Source of the DNA: Takakia lepidozioides
Taxonomy: Eukaryota > Plantae > Bryophyta
Assembly: GCA_030704615.1 (NCBI GenBank)
Contig: CM060732.1
Span: 8,308,001 to 8,372,000, forward strand
Reading direction: 5' to 3'
DNA: 64,000 bases
The translations under genes and the position numbers were made by a program. This document shows, piece after piece, positions 12,701-25,173 of the stretch (its first letter is position 1; every line of letters starts with the position of its first letter). The notes beneath the pieces were generated by a model that was not told the DNA's origin, did not search any database, and saw nothing but the letters and a program-made list of their open reading frames with translations.

Positions 12701-13794
12701 GACTGAGAACCCTGTTTTTGTTTGTGATAGACTTTCCAAGATAGGGGACAGCAGCTTGAGTGCTATGAACTCTATTTGGCTGGTTTTCCTTTGATGAACT
12801 CGGTGACAGTTACTTTGCAGTGGATAAGCTGAATAGAATCCAACATAGACTGAAGTCTTGATGGTTTTTTCAGACTTTGATTACAGCCCTGCATGACTTT
12901 AAATTTTGAGAACAATGAGGGCAATCTATGAATGAAGGTACTCTCCTACAGGGTCGGGCTTTAGTTGCAAACAAACTGTTTGCCTAAAACAAAAACTTGC
13001 CCTTATGATATACCTTTTTGGGTGCTCCCAGGTAGATGATAAACCATTGTAACTAATCACTGTGAGCCTATCATAAGGAAATGCCTTTTCAGAAGACCTG
13101 GATTTTCAAAACTGATAGACTATGTGTCTACCGGGTCATACTCTGGTTGCAAACAATTTGTTTGATTAGACAGAAACTTGGCTTGGATTGTATAATTCTT
13201 TTTGAACTACCAGGTATGTGATAACCACTGCAACCAGTCACTATGAGGTGATCATAGGAGCCATGTTTATTCAAAAATGGCTGGCTGAGTGTATTCCCTA
13301 TGTTATGATGGTTTCCAACAACTGATATAATCATGTTGTATGAATAAGAGGATTCCATAAGATGTCCTGATACTGTATCTCTATCCAGCCAGCAATGTTA
13401 TGTTTTGTCTCAGAATTACACCATTCCTCCTTCATGCCTGGTAATAATTGAAAGGCTATGAATAAACAAGGAGCTAATTTGAATGTAAGGTATGATTGGA
13501 ATATGATTGGCATCTGGGCAAAAGGTGTTCCATACACCATAAAAGAAACCAAGAACTGGGATTCAATTCGTGCAAAATTGCATATTGATCCAGGTGGTTT
13601 TAAATGATTTAATGCTGCCTTTCTTGAAACAGTAATGTTTCACCCACTACCCCACCCTCCCACCCTATTTATTTCCTGATTATACCTGGTCCGGGTCCTT
13701 TATTGATAGTACCCTGTTATGGGGCTGATTTGTCATTTCCAGTTTCCAATCCATTTTTTACTGACTAAACTGTCTTTGTCTTGACAAGACAAGT

Positions 13795-13930
13795 CCAATC
13801 CTGTCAAACAGGCTAAGTCCTGGTAGAAGACAATAGAAGAGATTTTCAAGGACCTGGACCTGGAACCGCGAGTCTTCACCCTGTTGGATAAATCTGACTT
13901 GGAGGTTGTAGTGTCCAACCATGTCTGTTG
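13795..13930 (+). mobile_element. Short internal LINE ORF2 fragment
   Basis: Matches about 61755-61890 (CCTGTCAAACAGGCTAAGTCCTGG...CATGTCTGTTG). Confidence 0.8.
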
Positions 13931-14660
13931 TGAAGTGCACCACTAAGATTTGCAGAGGCGCTGGCGGGACTGCTGCCCCGACATTCACAGGCTTGTTCAA
14001 ACATTACACATCGCGGGAGTCTAGGCCTCACAAGTTCTGGTTCTTCCCAGATGACATGGAGCGTTGTATCATGGGGACTTGTCGGGATTCAGTCATCAGC
14101 AGGCCTACCATCCCTGTCCTGTAGCCAGTGAAGGTGGGAACTTCTGATCTCTCCAAACAAGAGATTGACATGCTGGAGGACGCTGGGTTTCGACTTCCAA
14201 GAGGGCCACATGTCGTAACACCAATTCCATCGCGGGGTACGCCATCCTCATTTCCTGCTTGTCGGCCTCTAGGGAACGACTGGCCAACGAAAAGGAATGG
14301 AAACCGGTTCGTCGTGTCGAGGCAGGTCCAGATAACCAGTGCAAAATTGAATCTGCAACAACCCTGCAGTGCCGGGTTACCCAAATTGTGAATGTCCCCC
14401 CTCCAGGCTATGGGCGGGTGTACAGTATGGTGACATCGGGATCTGTTCTTCATGAGAGGACTTATGAAATTACTATCGGGAATTTTCCAAATTGCACATG
14501 CCCGGACTTCGACAACACGATAAACAGCTCCATTGGAAAGAGAGGAAAATTTGTCCCATGCAAACATCTTTACTACATCTACATTCACAGGATGTTTTGT
14601 GATCCTCAACGAGACACGTGCATTCACCAATGCACAATTCCGAAGGAGTTCAATCTCTGA
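13931..14660 (+). pseudogene. SWIM zinc-finger protein relic, probably transposon-derived
   Basis: YEITIGNFPNCTCPDF...PCKHLYYIY fits SWIM CxC-xn-CxH; the upstream frame is broken by a stop and a frameshift. Confidence 0.65.
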
Positions 14661-15199
14661 CGCTGACTCCACTTTGCTGAATGACTTCAATATTTCGGAA
14701 TGGCTCCACTTTCGTAAACGCAACAATGCTATGTAATTGATTCACTGCATTGAATGATCTACCAGTCATTCTGAATGGATCCACTTTCATCAATAGGATT
14801 TTGTTGATTTTGTGGTTTTCTTTTTTGGGCTCAATTTTCTGGTTTTCTCATGTTCGGAAAGGGCACCGAATTAAGGTATCGTTGATGATACCTTAATCCC
14901 CAGCCCGGGCTGCACGCACATGCTTGGCATGTGTTCCCTCTTCAATGACATGTAATTTGTCACTTTTCGGGGATCGTTTTTTTTTCAGGGATGCCTCGGC
15001 GTGAGCCTGGTCGCATGAGCACAGCTGCGCTCACGCCATGTCACCTTGCGCCCACGCCACATCACCAATCTCACTCCACGTCATCGCGCTTAAACGCCGC
15101 GTCACCGCGCGCCAAGGAAGAAGCGGAGTGTATATCCGCGGAAGAGCACCCTTAATCGCGGAAACAAGTTGGACGACATAATAAAAGGATGTGGTCATT

Positions 15200-15705
15200 C
15201 CCACCTGAAAGCAACAGATGAATGCAGGATGGATGAATGTAGAGTGGATGAAAAATAGATGGATGAGTGCGAACGATGCAAATAGATGGATGAAATAGGG
15301 ATGGATGAGAGTACAATGGATGAATGTACAATGGATGTTGAATAATGGAAAACATTCATGAATGGAGGATGCATTCATACACAGTAGACGAATGCACAAT
15401 GTATATGACATGAGTGTGTGAGGTTTGTAAGATGGATTCGAGAGTACAGTGGATGAATGTACAATGGATGTTGAATAATGGAAACATTCATGAATGGATG
15501 ATGCATTCATACACAGTAGATGAATGCACAATGTATATGACATGAGTGTGTGGGGTTTGTAAGATGGATTCGAGAGTACAGTGGATGAATGTACAATGGA
15601 TATTGAATAATGGAAAACATTCATGATGGAGGATGCATGAATACAGTGTAGATGAATGCACAATGGATATGACATGAGTGTGTGGTGTTTGTGGGATGGA
15701 TTCAT
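15200..15705. repeat. Tandem repeat, about 131-bp unit x3, plus short GGATGA(A) repeats
   Basis: Unit starting GAGTACARTGGATGAATGTACAATGG recurs at about 15309, 15442 and 15573; this explains the repetitive ORF 15031-15882. Confidence 0.85.
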
Positions 15706-15835
15706 GAAGATTGTCATTTCATTCTGAGTGGATTCTTTGTTCCATTTTTTTTCTTCTGCCGGAACATCTGGAATAAAGTAGGGGAATTCAATCTTTTCTG
15801 AAGAGGATGAGAACATAACATTAAAAATGCGTAGT

Positions 15836-16735
15836 TCAGTCTGACTCAGAGTCAGTACAATGTATCCCCGCGTCCTCTGCATCCAAGTCCAAGAATTTAA
15901 GAACTCCGGATCTACGATGGCTACACCTGCGGTCGGGCAATAAAAAGTCAGGGGAGAGAGCCTCGGCCATTTGAAGTGTCATTGCTTCGGCATACACAAA
16001 AAGCCCAAAAGTGGAAAGGGGGCTGTCGAAAATAGTCTCGCCACAAATGGGGGTGTCTCCTGAAGATCCATCGTTGCCTTTCCTGCAAGTCACAGCAAGA
16101 AAAACATTATTACTTCAAATTTGATGTCTGCGATTGAACAGGGCACCCAAAGTGGAATACTTACTCACATGAAAAGTCGTTGTGGACCTGCTTATCCTCG
16201 CGATCCTCATCATTTCGGATTTGAATCGTTTCAATTTGTGTGCCTGATGTAGAGCCAGACAAAAGGGGGAGGAGCATAGTCTTGTATAGGTCAGAGTCAC
16301 CCTCCATGCCAAAAAGGGTTCTTCCGCCTGCCTTGCACGCATGGTAAGTTGCTCCTGCAACAAACAGGAGGACATGAACAGCTTGGAGGGGGGGATTAAC
16401 GAAATTGAAAATGGTGAAAGAAAACCAAATCTGAAGGGAGAAAACAAACCTATGGATACTGAGAGATCGACCACCCGTGCAGAATGGTGGCTGCATGACT
16501 CCAGCAGTGTCTGCATGAACGCTGGGGTTTTCTCCTTTGCACCTCTCCAGGGAGTGCCATTTGATCTTTTGAGAGTCTGACTGGGCTGCATGAAGTTGTA
16601 CAAAATGTCATCGACATGCGGCTCATATGGGAGATTGATGAAACACCCCTGGTCAGAAATCTCGAAGCTGCGGACGGAGGATGGTGTCTTTGAGGTGCGA
16701 ATCCTCCGCAGGCAATTTGCCTCGAACATCCTCGT
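15836..16735 (-). CDS. Spliced gene fragment with an N6/N4 (amino) DNA methyltransferase-like C-terminal SAM-binding region; 5' end not found
   Basis: Exons 16735-16450, 16354-16165 and 16082-15836 are joined by phase-compatible GT-AG introns, giving ...PWRGAKEKTPAFMQTLLESCSHHSARVVDLSVSIGATYHACKAGGRTLFGMEGDSDLY..., which resembles the beta-class pattern K-P..LL..LI..S...G..VLDPF.GSGTT..A....GR...G.E.D. Confidence 0.55.
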
Positions 16736-17049
16736 CTGCAAAAGACTGAAGGTTAGGGTGCGAAACACAAACAATAGTGGAAGTTTGTAGATTGGCACTT
16801 CAAAACATAGGCATGCAACAAACTGATCAGTCATGTATTTGTGATGATCGGTGCCGATCATCACAGATTCTTCTAGAGTTACGCTGCAAAAAACATTGAA
16901 ACGCATCAATAAAGCACAATCAGGAAAGAGACGTCATACCAGCTGACCAGGACAACCCCCTTCCATTTTTGTGACACGTATTGCGTTGCAGTAAGAATAC
17001 GACATTTTTTCACCTCTTTATATATATATATATATATTTCAAGCTGCTC

Positions 17050-17525
17050 ACATGGGCGACGCACTATGCGTCGCAGTAAAATTGCGACGCCTTTCGGGGG
17101 GGTTTTTTTTTTTTTTCGGGTGCTCCTCCTTCGACGCCGGGGACGTCACATTAGAACTGCGACGCTTACGGACGCCCAATGGGTGTCCCCCTGTGCGTCG
17201 CAGTAAACGTACAACAATTGTGGGGGTGGGGGGGGGGGACAATTGTGTCCGTCATGCGACGGATAGGACGTCGCAATAAAACTGCGACGCTTGTGGGTGC
17301 CCCAGTAAGGGGTCGCCTCGTGCGACGGATAGGGCGTCGCAGTTAATCTGCGACACATTTTTAGAGGGTGGCGCATATATGCGACGCTCGCGACGTCGCA
17401 GTAATCCTGCGACGTTTATGTTTTTTATATAAAATATTTTGGTGGCCTCCATTTGCGACGCCCAGGGTGTCGCAGAGGGTCTGGTTACTTTTGTTTTTTA
17501 CATTTGCGACGCCTGGGAGGTCGCA
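17050..17525. repeat. Cluster of direct and inverted TGCGACG/CGTCGCA motifs (subterminal-repeat-like)
   Basis: More than a dozen copies in both orientations within about 480 bp. Confidence 0.7.
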
Positions 17526-17859
17526 CCAAGCCCGAATTAGGATTGGGAGTTCAGGGTTAGGCTTAAGTTTAGGGAATATAGGGATTGTGCATATTTAGTA
17601 TAAATGAGAGAATACCACATCATTCGCATGCGTATATACATATATACATATGTAAAATTGACCTCAAATGTACATCATCCCTACTACTCACCCTGGCCCT
17701 CCGAACTCCCGGGGCTAGATCCCTCACTAGCGTCATCACCGCGGGGGTCACCATCACCATCAGGGTCACCATCACGGGCGGGGTACCATCTGAGTCGGTC
17801 TCACTCTCACTCACATGACTCTCATCACTCTCACTACCCTCACTATCAAATATAGCAAA

Positions 17860-20800
17860 TACCAAAGTCCACCGTACCTTTGATATACCTAAACAAGTGC
17901 TTCACAACATCCAGATGTAGAGTTTGGGGTTGGTTCAAGAACCTACTCACCATATTTACTGCGAAAGAAATGTCTGGTCGGGTTTGTGTCGGAAAATTCA
18001 ATTTCCCTTCATTCGTTGGTACATTTGTGCATCGACTGTGGAAGCCCCCATGTCTGGCATGAGCTTAAGTCCTTGTAGCATAGGTACAGCTGCAGCATTG
18101 TAGTTAGCAAACCCAAATTCTTTCAGCATCTATGTTGCGTATCCTCTCTGCGTGAAAATAATACCCTCTGACCGAAAAAAGTACTCCAGCCCTAATGAGT
18201 GACTCGGCAAACCCAAATCTGTTATCTCAAATCTCTTCTGAATTTCTGTTCTAATCCACTGGAGCTTAGTAGCGTGGTTACCGGTGAAATAAACATCATC
18301 GACATAAAGAATTAAAATAACCACCTTGTCATATTCGCGAAAATAATACACGTTGCCATCAACAATGCTTTTCTTCAATCCTTGTTTTTGCAAGTATTCA
18401 TCGATCTTAGTATAGGTCAGGCACGAGGTGCTTGGCGCAATCCGTACAATGCTTTGCGTAATCTGCATACTTTGCCCTCTTTACCTTTTTCTTCAAAACC
18501 CTCTGGTTGTTGCACAAAAACTTCCTTAGAGAGTTCGCCATTTAGAAAGGCAGTCTTCACGTCAACTTGTAAATCCATTTAGTTGTGATTGGTTTTCGAC
18601 CAGGGGCCAAATCCTCTAATACCCAAGTTTAGTTCTTATGTATGGAACTATTCTCCTGTTCCATAGCTTCAAACCATCCGGGTATCGAGAAGCTTCAGAA
18701 AAACTCACGAGTGGGTTCAGTAATCGTGGATTCAGACAAACCCCATAACAAGAACCACTTGGGTGGCCTGACAAGGCGGCCAGCATGAGTGTGAATTTCA
18801 GGCTCTACAGGCAACACCTCCTCCAAATTGACCTAAGTTCAGACTGATCAGCAAAATAGCCTGAAACATTGACTGAACGACAGGGTGAGCTTTCACTGTC
18901 ACCTGAGGCATGACGATCATCACTGCTCATAAATTTAGCATGTGTTGAATGTTCAGTGTCATTTTGAGGAGTTCCAACGCCTTGGTCGAAATAAGGTACA
19001 TCAACTTGTTGTTCCGCTAGTTGGTTCGGTAGTATTGGAGTCTCTGATAGGTGGTAGAATACAGTTGTTGTAGGGTCCTGTTCAATCGTTGTTTTGGTTG
19101 TAACCGGCATGAAGCTCATGTGATCTTCAGAAAAAATGACATCTTTTGGCACTGTAACTTCGTTACATTCTGGACAAAAACATCTATATAGGCCTTCGTG
19201 GATGTATCGTATCCTAGCAGTGCACAACTCTTGGATTTCGGTGACCATTTGGACTTCGAAGTGTTAACGTGAACATAACATTCACAGCCAATGACTCTAA
19301 GCTGTTTGACATCAGGGACTTATCCGTATAAGTTTTGATAGGGAGAGACATCATCATTTGCCTTGGTAGGAGATATATTCGCCCGGGGGAGTCAGTCCTT
19401 ATCACTTGTATAGGGCACGTGAGATAAATGGGTATTTTGTAGGGGGGTATTACTTTTACTTTTGGTATTTTTTAGTACCCTATAATTACATAATTTTGTA
19501 ATATGGTAATTTTTTTTCATGCTATTTTAACTATAATTTTTTTGTTTCAAACAAATATTAGGCACCCTATATTAATAATAGAATAAAAGAATTTTATTTT
19601 AACAAGACAAATAAATTTTATTATTTGGTTGAAATAAATTCATTTAAAGCATTTGCATCATCCGCATTCAAAGTATAAACGTTTTGCGCTCTATCGAAAG
19701 TCATAGTGACTGAACTAATAATTGAATCTACATCTACCCACTTGTTGTCGGTATGATCATATTTGAATTTAAATTGTCCTCTAGATTTTGAGAAGTAGTT
19801 TAATAACACCATAACTGGTGTGGTTGGTCTATTTAGGAGATCAATAGGCTGTTGCGATATCCCCCACCTGCTCCCTGCCTTCCTTCTCATTTTTTGAATC
19901 CTACCTAGCCACTATTTTTTTGTATGTATTAAGTTTTCCCCTAAGATTTTTTCATAGATATTTATCTCAACCCTATATTAGTTTTAAGAAAAAATTAAAA
20001 TCAGTCTTTATTTTAGACATTATTTTAGACCCTATATTAATTTAAATTCACTGATCACAATATAATGTAACCTTTATTACTTTTAAATGTTTTCTAATTT
20101 TTATCTTTTGTGAATAAATTGCACCCTATATTTTTTTGCACGTCGGTTGGAAATTTTTGGAAGTGACCTCCCCGGGGTATATTCGTTAGATAATTTGCAG
20201 TGTTGATGGCCTCGGACCAAAGAGCAGCTGGGACCGCAAAAGTTGCAGCTTCCCTCCCGTTTTGCTCCACCACCCTTACGATTCTTGTCATGGACCTTGG
20301 CCTTGTTGAATTTGGATTTGATGAACAAAGCCTCGTCCTCTGTTCTCTTCCAGGTCAGATTTCCTTCTTAGCCTCATCGTGTAGTAAAATGCCAGTTAGC
20401 TCGCTAAGAGTGGGAAGTTCAGCACGGTAGATCAGCGTGTTGGCAAGTGAATCATAGCTCTCGGGAAGTGTAACAAGAATTTGCTCAACGAGTTCATCCT
20501 CTCGCACCACCTCACCGCACCACCTCACCAATGTTAGCTAGCTGGTTGATGAGGTCCTGCAGTCCTGCATCTGCTTGAAGTAATTGGCAACTGAACCTCC
20601 TTCATCTAGTCGAAGATTTGTGAGCTTGGTCTTCAGTAACAGACGTCGTGCACTACTTCGCTGTTCGAACAAGTCCTTCAAAGTTTGCCACATCTGCGCT
20701 GGATCAGTGATCCCAACAATATGCGGCACGATTTCATCTTTCACGGATAGGCTAATAATCGCTCGAGCCTTCTTCTTCCTCCGATCTTGGTCAGCCTCGA

Positions 20801-21320
20801 ATTCTGTCTCAACCGGCATAAAGATTCCATCGGCATTTGGCTCAGCTACATCTATGAGCTCATCTCTCTGTAGCAAACTGGATACACGGATACACGTGCT
20901 ATAATTAGACTGTCCTCCCAGTTTGGAACTCTCAGACATATTCTGCTCTCCCCATGGGCCATATTGACTCAAGGAAACTTAGAATACTACGAAGAGTTAT
21001 ACTGACAGTGTCAGCTTCTAAGATACCCAAGTCCACGCCGAAGACTAGGTTGAACTGGCCGTTTTCAAGCATTGCTTCAAATACCTCGTTCATCATTTTG
21101 ATGACCAACAACAGCCGCCTTCCGCCCTCCTGCGTTCACTATCTGCTTCAATCACAGCATACAAACAAGCCAATTCTTTTTGACGAAAAATGGCCAACTT
21201 CAAAACTCGTCTTCAAACAAGATTGCCAAACACTGGTTGTTTACTACGGTTTACTCATTGTCTTCACACGTTGCTCCTTTGGGCATTTCTTAGCATTGGA
21301 ATGCCATACACGAACCTGAC
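17860..21320 (-). mobile_element. Degraded Ty1/copia retrotransposon (gag, integrase and RT remnants)
   Basis: gag-like ARAIISLSVKDEIVPHI...QMWQTLKDLFE (20538-20972); integrase LWSEAINTANYLTN|ISPT; RT VILILYVDDVYFTG...FEITDLG (18130-18468) and TRPDISFAVNMVSRF (about 17940-17980); no LTRs identified. Confidence 0.85.
19382..20177 (-). mobile_element. Non-autonomous derivative of the CCCGGG-TIR (P-like) DNA transposon group
   Basis: TIRs CCCGGGGGAGTCA / CCCCGGGGAGGTCA; 8-bp TSD TATATTCG (19374-19381, 20178-20185); removing it restores the copia frame LTNISPTKAN; ORF 19621-19890 is homologous to the C-terminus of 43477-43926. Confidence 0.85.
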
Positions 21321-21899
21321 TCAGTCGTTCACCAGTTGAACCAAATTCTGACACTCGAGAATGAGCGAGCTGCTACCCTCGTTACTATCTTCTTCTTCTT
21401 CGGCAACTCGCTGGTTCATCATACGTCATTGGTTCATCATACAACAATATTGCTGCCCGCAAGCCGATACAAGACAGTATGAAGTGGCTGTCTATGCATA
21501 CAAGGCCTGCACAAAGTAGTTAATGCCTCCAGGCTGCACTTTCCCAACCTAGGAGTTGCAAGCTGCCTCATCCTTTTGTCACATGCTCACTTGTTACGGT
21601 GCTGAAACTCCATCGATACTGGTCATATGCCATCTGTATGCAGTACCATCACTTCCGTCACAGGGAAATCAGCAGCTAAGCATGTAAACAAACCAATCTT
21701 TCCTTTCAAAATTTCATTTTTCTTTTAACTACAGGTTTCTTCGACACGAGTAATCCCTTCAAGTGCTAATTTTCCAATCTTGCACTCACTCAACTGAGCT
21801 GACATCTGTATGCTTGAACCGTGAAGCTTCATACAAACATAAGTGCTAATAACATGTAGTCTATCTAGACTAGCAGTGCCTAGCACTAAAAGCCTAGAC

Positions 21900-22225
21900 A
21901 TGATCTCTCTCAAGTGATATAAACACTCAAAAATCACTCGTACTTTGTTAAGCCCACTGCACCCCAAAGCCTTGGGGAATCCACAGTACACAATGCCATA
22001 GCTAAGCTGCCGGACGTGGTGAGGCTCAACTCGAGAGAGATGAGCCTCACCGCGTCTAACGCGAGGATAACTCCCGCCAGGGCCCATTATTAATTTTGGG
22101 CCCTGGATTGACACTTGGGCAAACTCAAGTGTCAATACAACTCCGAGTGAAAACATACACAAAACCAAACCAATGTTTCACTCATAAAATAAGAATCAAG
22201 CCCACTACACCCCAAGGCTTTGGGG
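21900..22225 (-). repeat. Left part of an inverted B-like terminal repeat of a related family (the target of the 22226-50571 insertion)
   Basis: Reverse-complement similarity to repeat B; the sequence continues at 50572-50871 across the GGGG duplication. Confidence 0.7.
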
Positions 22226-22552
22226 TGTCAAGTTATTTTACCATTAGTGTGAAACTAGCTAGGAAATAGCTAGCTTTTACATATTGACATTTGGGATTGG
22301 CCCAAGTGTCAATCCAGGGGTCGAGGCAGATTTAGGCCTTGGAGTGGTTATCTTCACGGCAAGCGAGGGAGGCTCATCTTTCTCGAGTTGAGCCTCACCG
22401 CGCCTAGCTATGGCGCCGTAGTGTGGATTCCCCATGGCGTGGGGTGCACTTGGCTTGACTTGTATTTGAGTGATGATGTTATATATGCATGAGTTTATGC
22501 TTCAGTTTTGTGAGCTCGCATGAGCTTGTGCTTGTATTCTTCTTCTTTATCA
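22226..22552 (+). repeat. Terminal repeat B1 (327 bp)
   Basis: Direct repeat of 50056-50382 with about 13 substitutions by eye; TG...CA. Confidence 0.93.
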
Positions 22553-22568
22553 CTCGAGAAAGATGAGC
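22552..22568 (+). promoter_or_regulatory. Putative self-priming primer-binding site
   Basis: ACTCGAGAAAGATGAGC is the exact reverse complement of 22372-22388 inside B1; no TGG-type tRNA PBS follows B1. Confidence 0.6.
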
Positions 22569-23269
22569 TCGTATCTGTAAGTGCCAGATACGAGTTAGTT
22601 GTAACACTTGTGGTTTTTGCTTGAGAATGAGAGAAACTAGGTTGTTATGCAAGGACACCGTGGAGCTCTTGGTTGTTAGAAGCGGAGGCGATGTGGGTTA
22701 TGAGGTGGTAGACCTTGGCATTCGATCTTCAGCTTTAGAGATGAAAGCACCATGCTGCAGGTAATTTCAGAACACCTTGATGGTTTCAGATTATGTACAT
22801 GCATGAGCAAGCACGATTGGGAAGAGGACCAGTCAAGAGCAGGTTATAGTGGCGTTGGTGGCAAAGCTGAGAACTGGACTTGGGAATGCGAGCTTTCATT
22901 GTGTGAAGGATTGCAAGACCAAGCGAAAGGGCCGATTTGGCTTGGGGCAAATCAGTGCACTTTGTGGAGTATGTTGAGATTGGGTTTCAATCTCGAGCTT
23001 CAGCATTGAGAGGGCTCTTGTCAAAGCAAGAGCAGGGCTGGAACAGGAGCTAAGAGGTGTGGCAAGGCCATGGAATCTGCACCTAGGGTTTCAGAGCTTG
23101 GAAGAAGAGCTCTTGCACCACAAGAGGAGTGTCTTGTGGCTGGAAATAATGTAAGCCTTAGGGTTTCAGGAGCTTGGCAAGGGCTGTGGAGTGCTTAGTC
23201 TTGTCTTAGAGAGCATCAAGGAGCCAAAGAGCCAAGATATGGGGCTGATATTACCTCTTGTATGAAGAG

Positions 23270-23620
23270 GATGCATGTGTGGAGCATGCATGCAGCCCAT
23301 TGAAGCTTCCATCTTCAAGCTTGGAGGGCAAGCAAGGATGAGGGAATGGCTGACTTCTTTTATGTGAGGGCAACCCATGTGTGGAGCATGCTTTCAGCCC
23401 ATTGAAGGCTTGTACTTTCAGGTTTGGGAGTGCAAGAAAGGAAGGAAGGGGGCTGGTTTCCCTGTAGGGCATGTGTGGAGCATGCTTCCAGCCCGCTGAA
23501 GCTTGTATTTTCAGGTTGGTGGGTGCAAGAAAGGAAGCAAATGGGCTGATTCTCTTGTGGTGAGAGTGGGGCATGTGTGGAGCATGCCTTCAGTCCATTG
23601 GGCTTTTGTTTTCAAGCTTT
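23270..23620 (+). repeat. Degenerate repeats of about 100 bp in the element leader
   Basis: CATGTGTGGAGCATGC occurs four times. Confidence 0.7.
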
Positions 23621-24079
23621 AGAGAGCTAGAATGGAAGGGCTAGGGCTGGTTCCCACTTGGGTGAAAGAAAAGCACTTTGTAGTGCATATGTGAGATGGG
23701 GTTTCAACCTCAAGCCTAGATAGAGCATGGCTCTTGAAGTGGCAGGTGTAGGGGGCTGGAATAGGCTCTAAGACAGATGCTATGGCCAAGGAAAATGCTT
23801 GAATGCATGCTCACAAGGGCTGGAAACCAGCAAGGCTTGGTTGTTTGCCATTGAGTTTAGTGGCATGTTTGGGGAGTCTAAGTGAGAAAGAAGGCTTGGT
23901 TTGTGGCAACCATCTTCCTTATGGCTTAGGGCTACTATTGGTGGTGTGTGGGAGCCAAAAGAGCAAGAATACCTTGTTGATTTCTTCATAGCCGCCATAG
24001 CTCGGTGCAAAGGAGCCTAGAGTCCAAGAGACACAAACCCTAGCTTGGTATGGCTAAACCCTTGGAGAAATGGCTAAAC

Positions 24080-24480
24080 TGCCATGAGTGGCCATGGATG
24101 GGGCTGTGACGGGCTGTGGCATGTAGGGCCGTGATCCTGTGACCTGTGTAGGGCTGTGATGGGCTGTGATAGGTGGCCTGTGGGGCTGTGACGGGTTGTG
24201 ACAAGCTGTGATGGGCTGTGCCCTATGGCATGTGGGGTTGTGACAGGCTGTGATGGGCTGTGAGGGGCTGTGATAGGCTGTGCCCTGTGGCCTATGGGGT
24301 TGTGACCCCTGTGACCTTTGTAGGGTTGTGACAGACTGTGACAAGCTGTGACCTGTGGTTTTTGGGGCTGTGACAGGCTCTGGCTTGTGTGGGGCTGTGA
24401 CGGTTGTGACCAGTGATCTGTGTGGGCCTGTGCTGGTCTGTGGTGGCCCGTGTTGACCTGTGGACGGCCTGTGCTGACTC
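24080..24480 (+). repeat. Degenerate ~10-bp minisatellite (GGGCTGTGAT-like)
   Basis: Dozens of GCTGTGA/GGCTGTG units. Confidence 0.85.
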
Positions 24481-25173
24481 GTCGAGGCACTGGTGGACTG
24501 CCTAAGGACTGGCATGTGGTCTTGAAGGCCGAATTTTGAAGCTCGTGGAGGGCGGTTTGAGGAGTATCTTCATGATATTCCCATGGTCATGCAAGTGAGG
24601 GAAGAGATGAGAAAAATAGTGTTGGGATTAGGGCATGCTGGGGTTAGGCATTGCTTTAGCTTCTCTTCCTCGTAGTTTTCCACCTCTCATTAGGCCAAGA
24701 CCTTTCCGTAGATGGAGGCAAGAGTCAGTCCGGGTTTGGGCTGGGGTGTCCTTGCAGAAGCAACACCATGGAGTTGTTTTTGGTGTGGGGGAGTTGTCGT
24801 TCTGATTTCTTGTGTTTGAATCCCCTCCATACCTGCATGCTTGACTATGCGCCATGTTAGTTTTGTGTGAGCGCTTGTTTTTATAGGTGATTGGTCCGGA
24901 TTTGATCACCGGCCAGTCCTAGAGCATGCTGTCGATGGTGAGGCTGGGGTGATGACCAGTCAGACCATCATTGTTTCTCATGTGGTGAGGTTGGAGGTGA
25001 TGACCAGCCAACCATAGGAGTGCTTGCGGTGGATGCAGGTGCAGGTATAGGCTATGTTAGGAACCTAATATTCCAAACCATAAGCCGCAATAGGTTCTCT
25101 ACCCGGTTACCTTGTGGAGAGGGGTTTAGGGACATGTTTCTGACCGGTTGAGTGACAGTTTGTCAACACGGAG

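Noticed and set aside
15031-15882. 283-aa minus-strand ORF
   Set aside because: It is a translation of the ~131-bp tandem repeat with no recognisable domain
17050-17525. CRISPR-like spacing of TGCGACG motifs
   Set aside because: The motifs are short, in mixed orientation and irregularly spaced, in a eukaryotic context with no cas genes
17535-17585. Telomere-like TTAGGG/TTTAGGG units
   Set aside because: Only a few degenerate copies, not an array
24054-24515. Pro/Thr/His-rich ORFs
   Set aside because: Artefact of the 10-bp minisatellite
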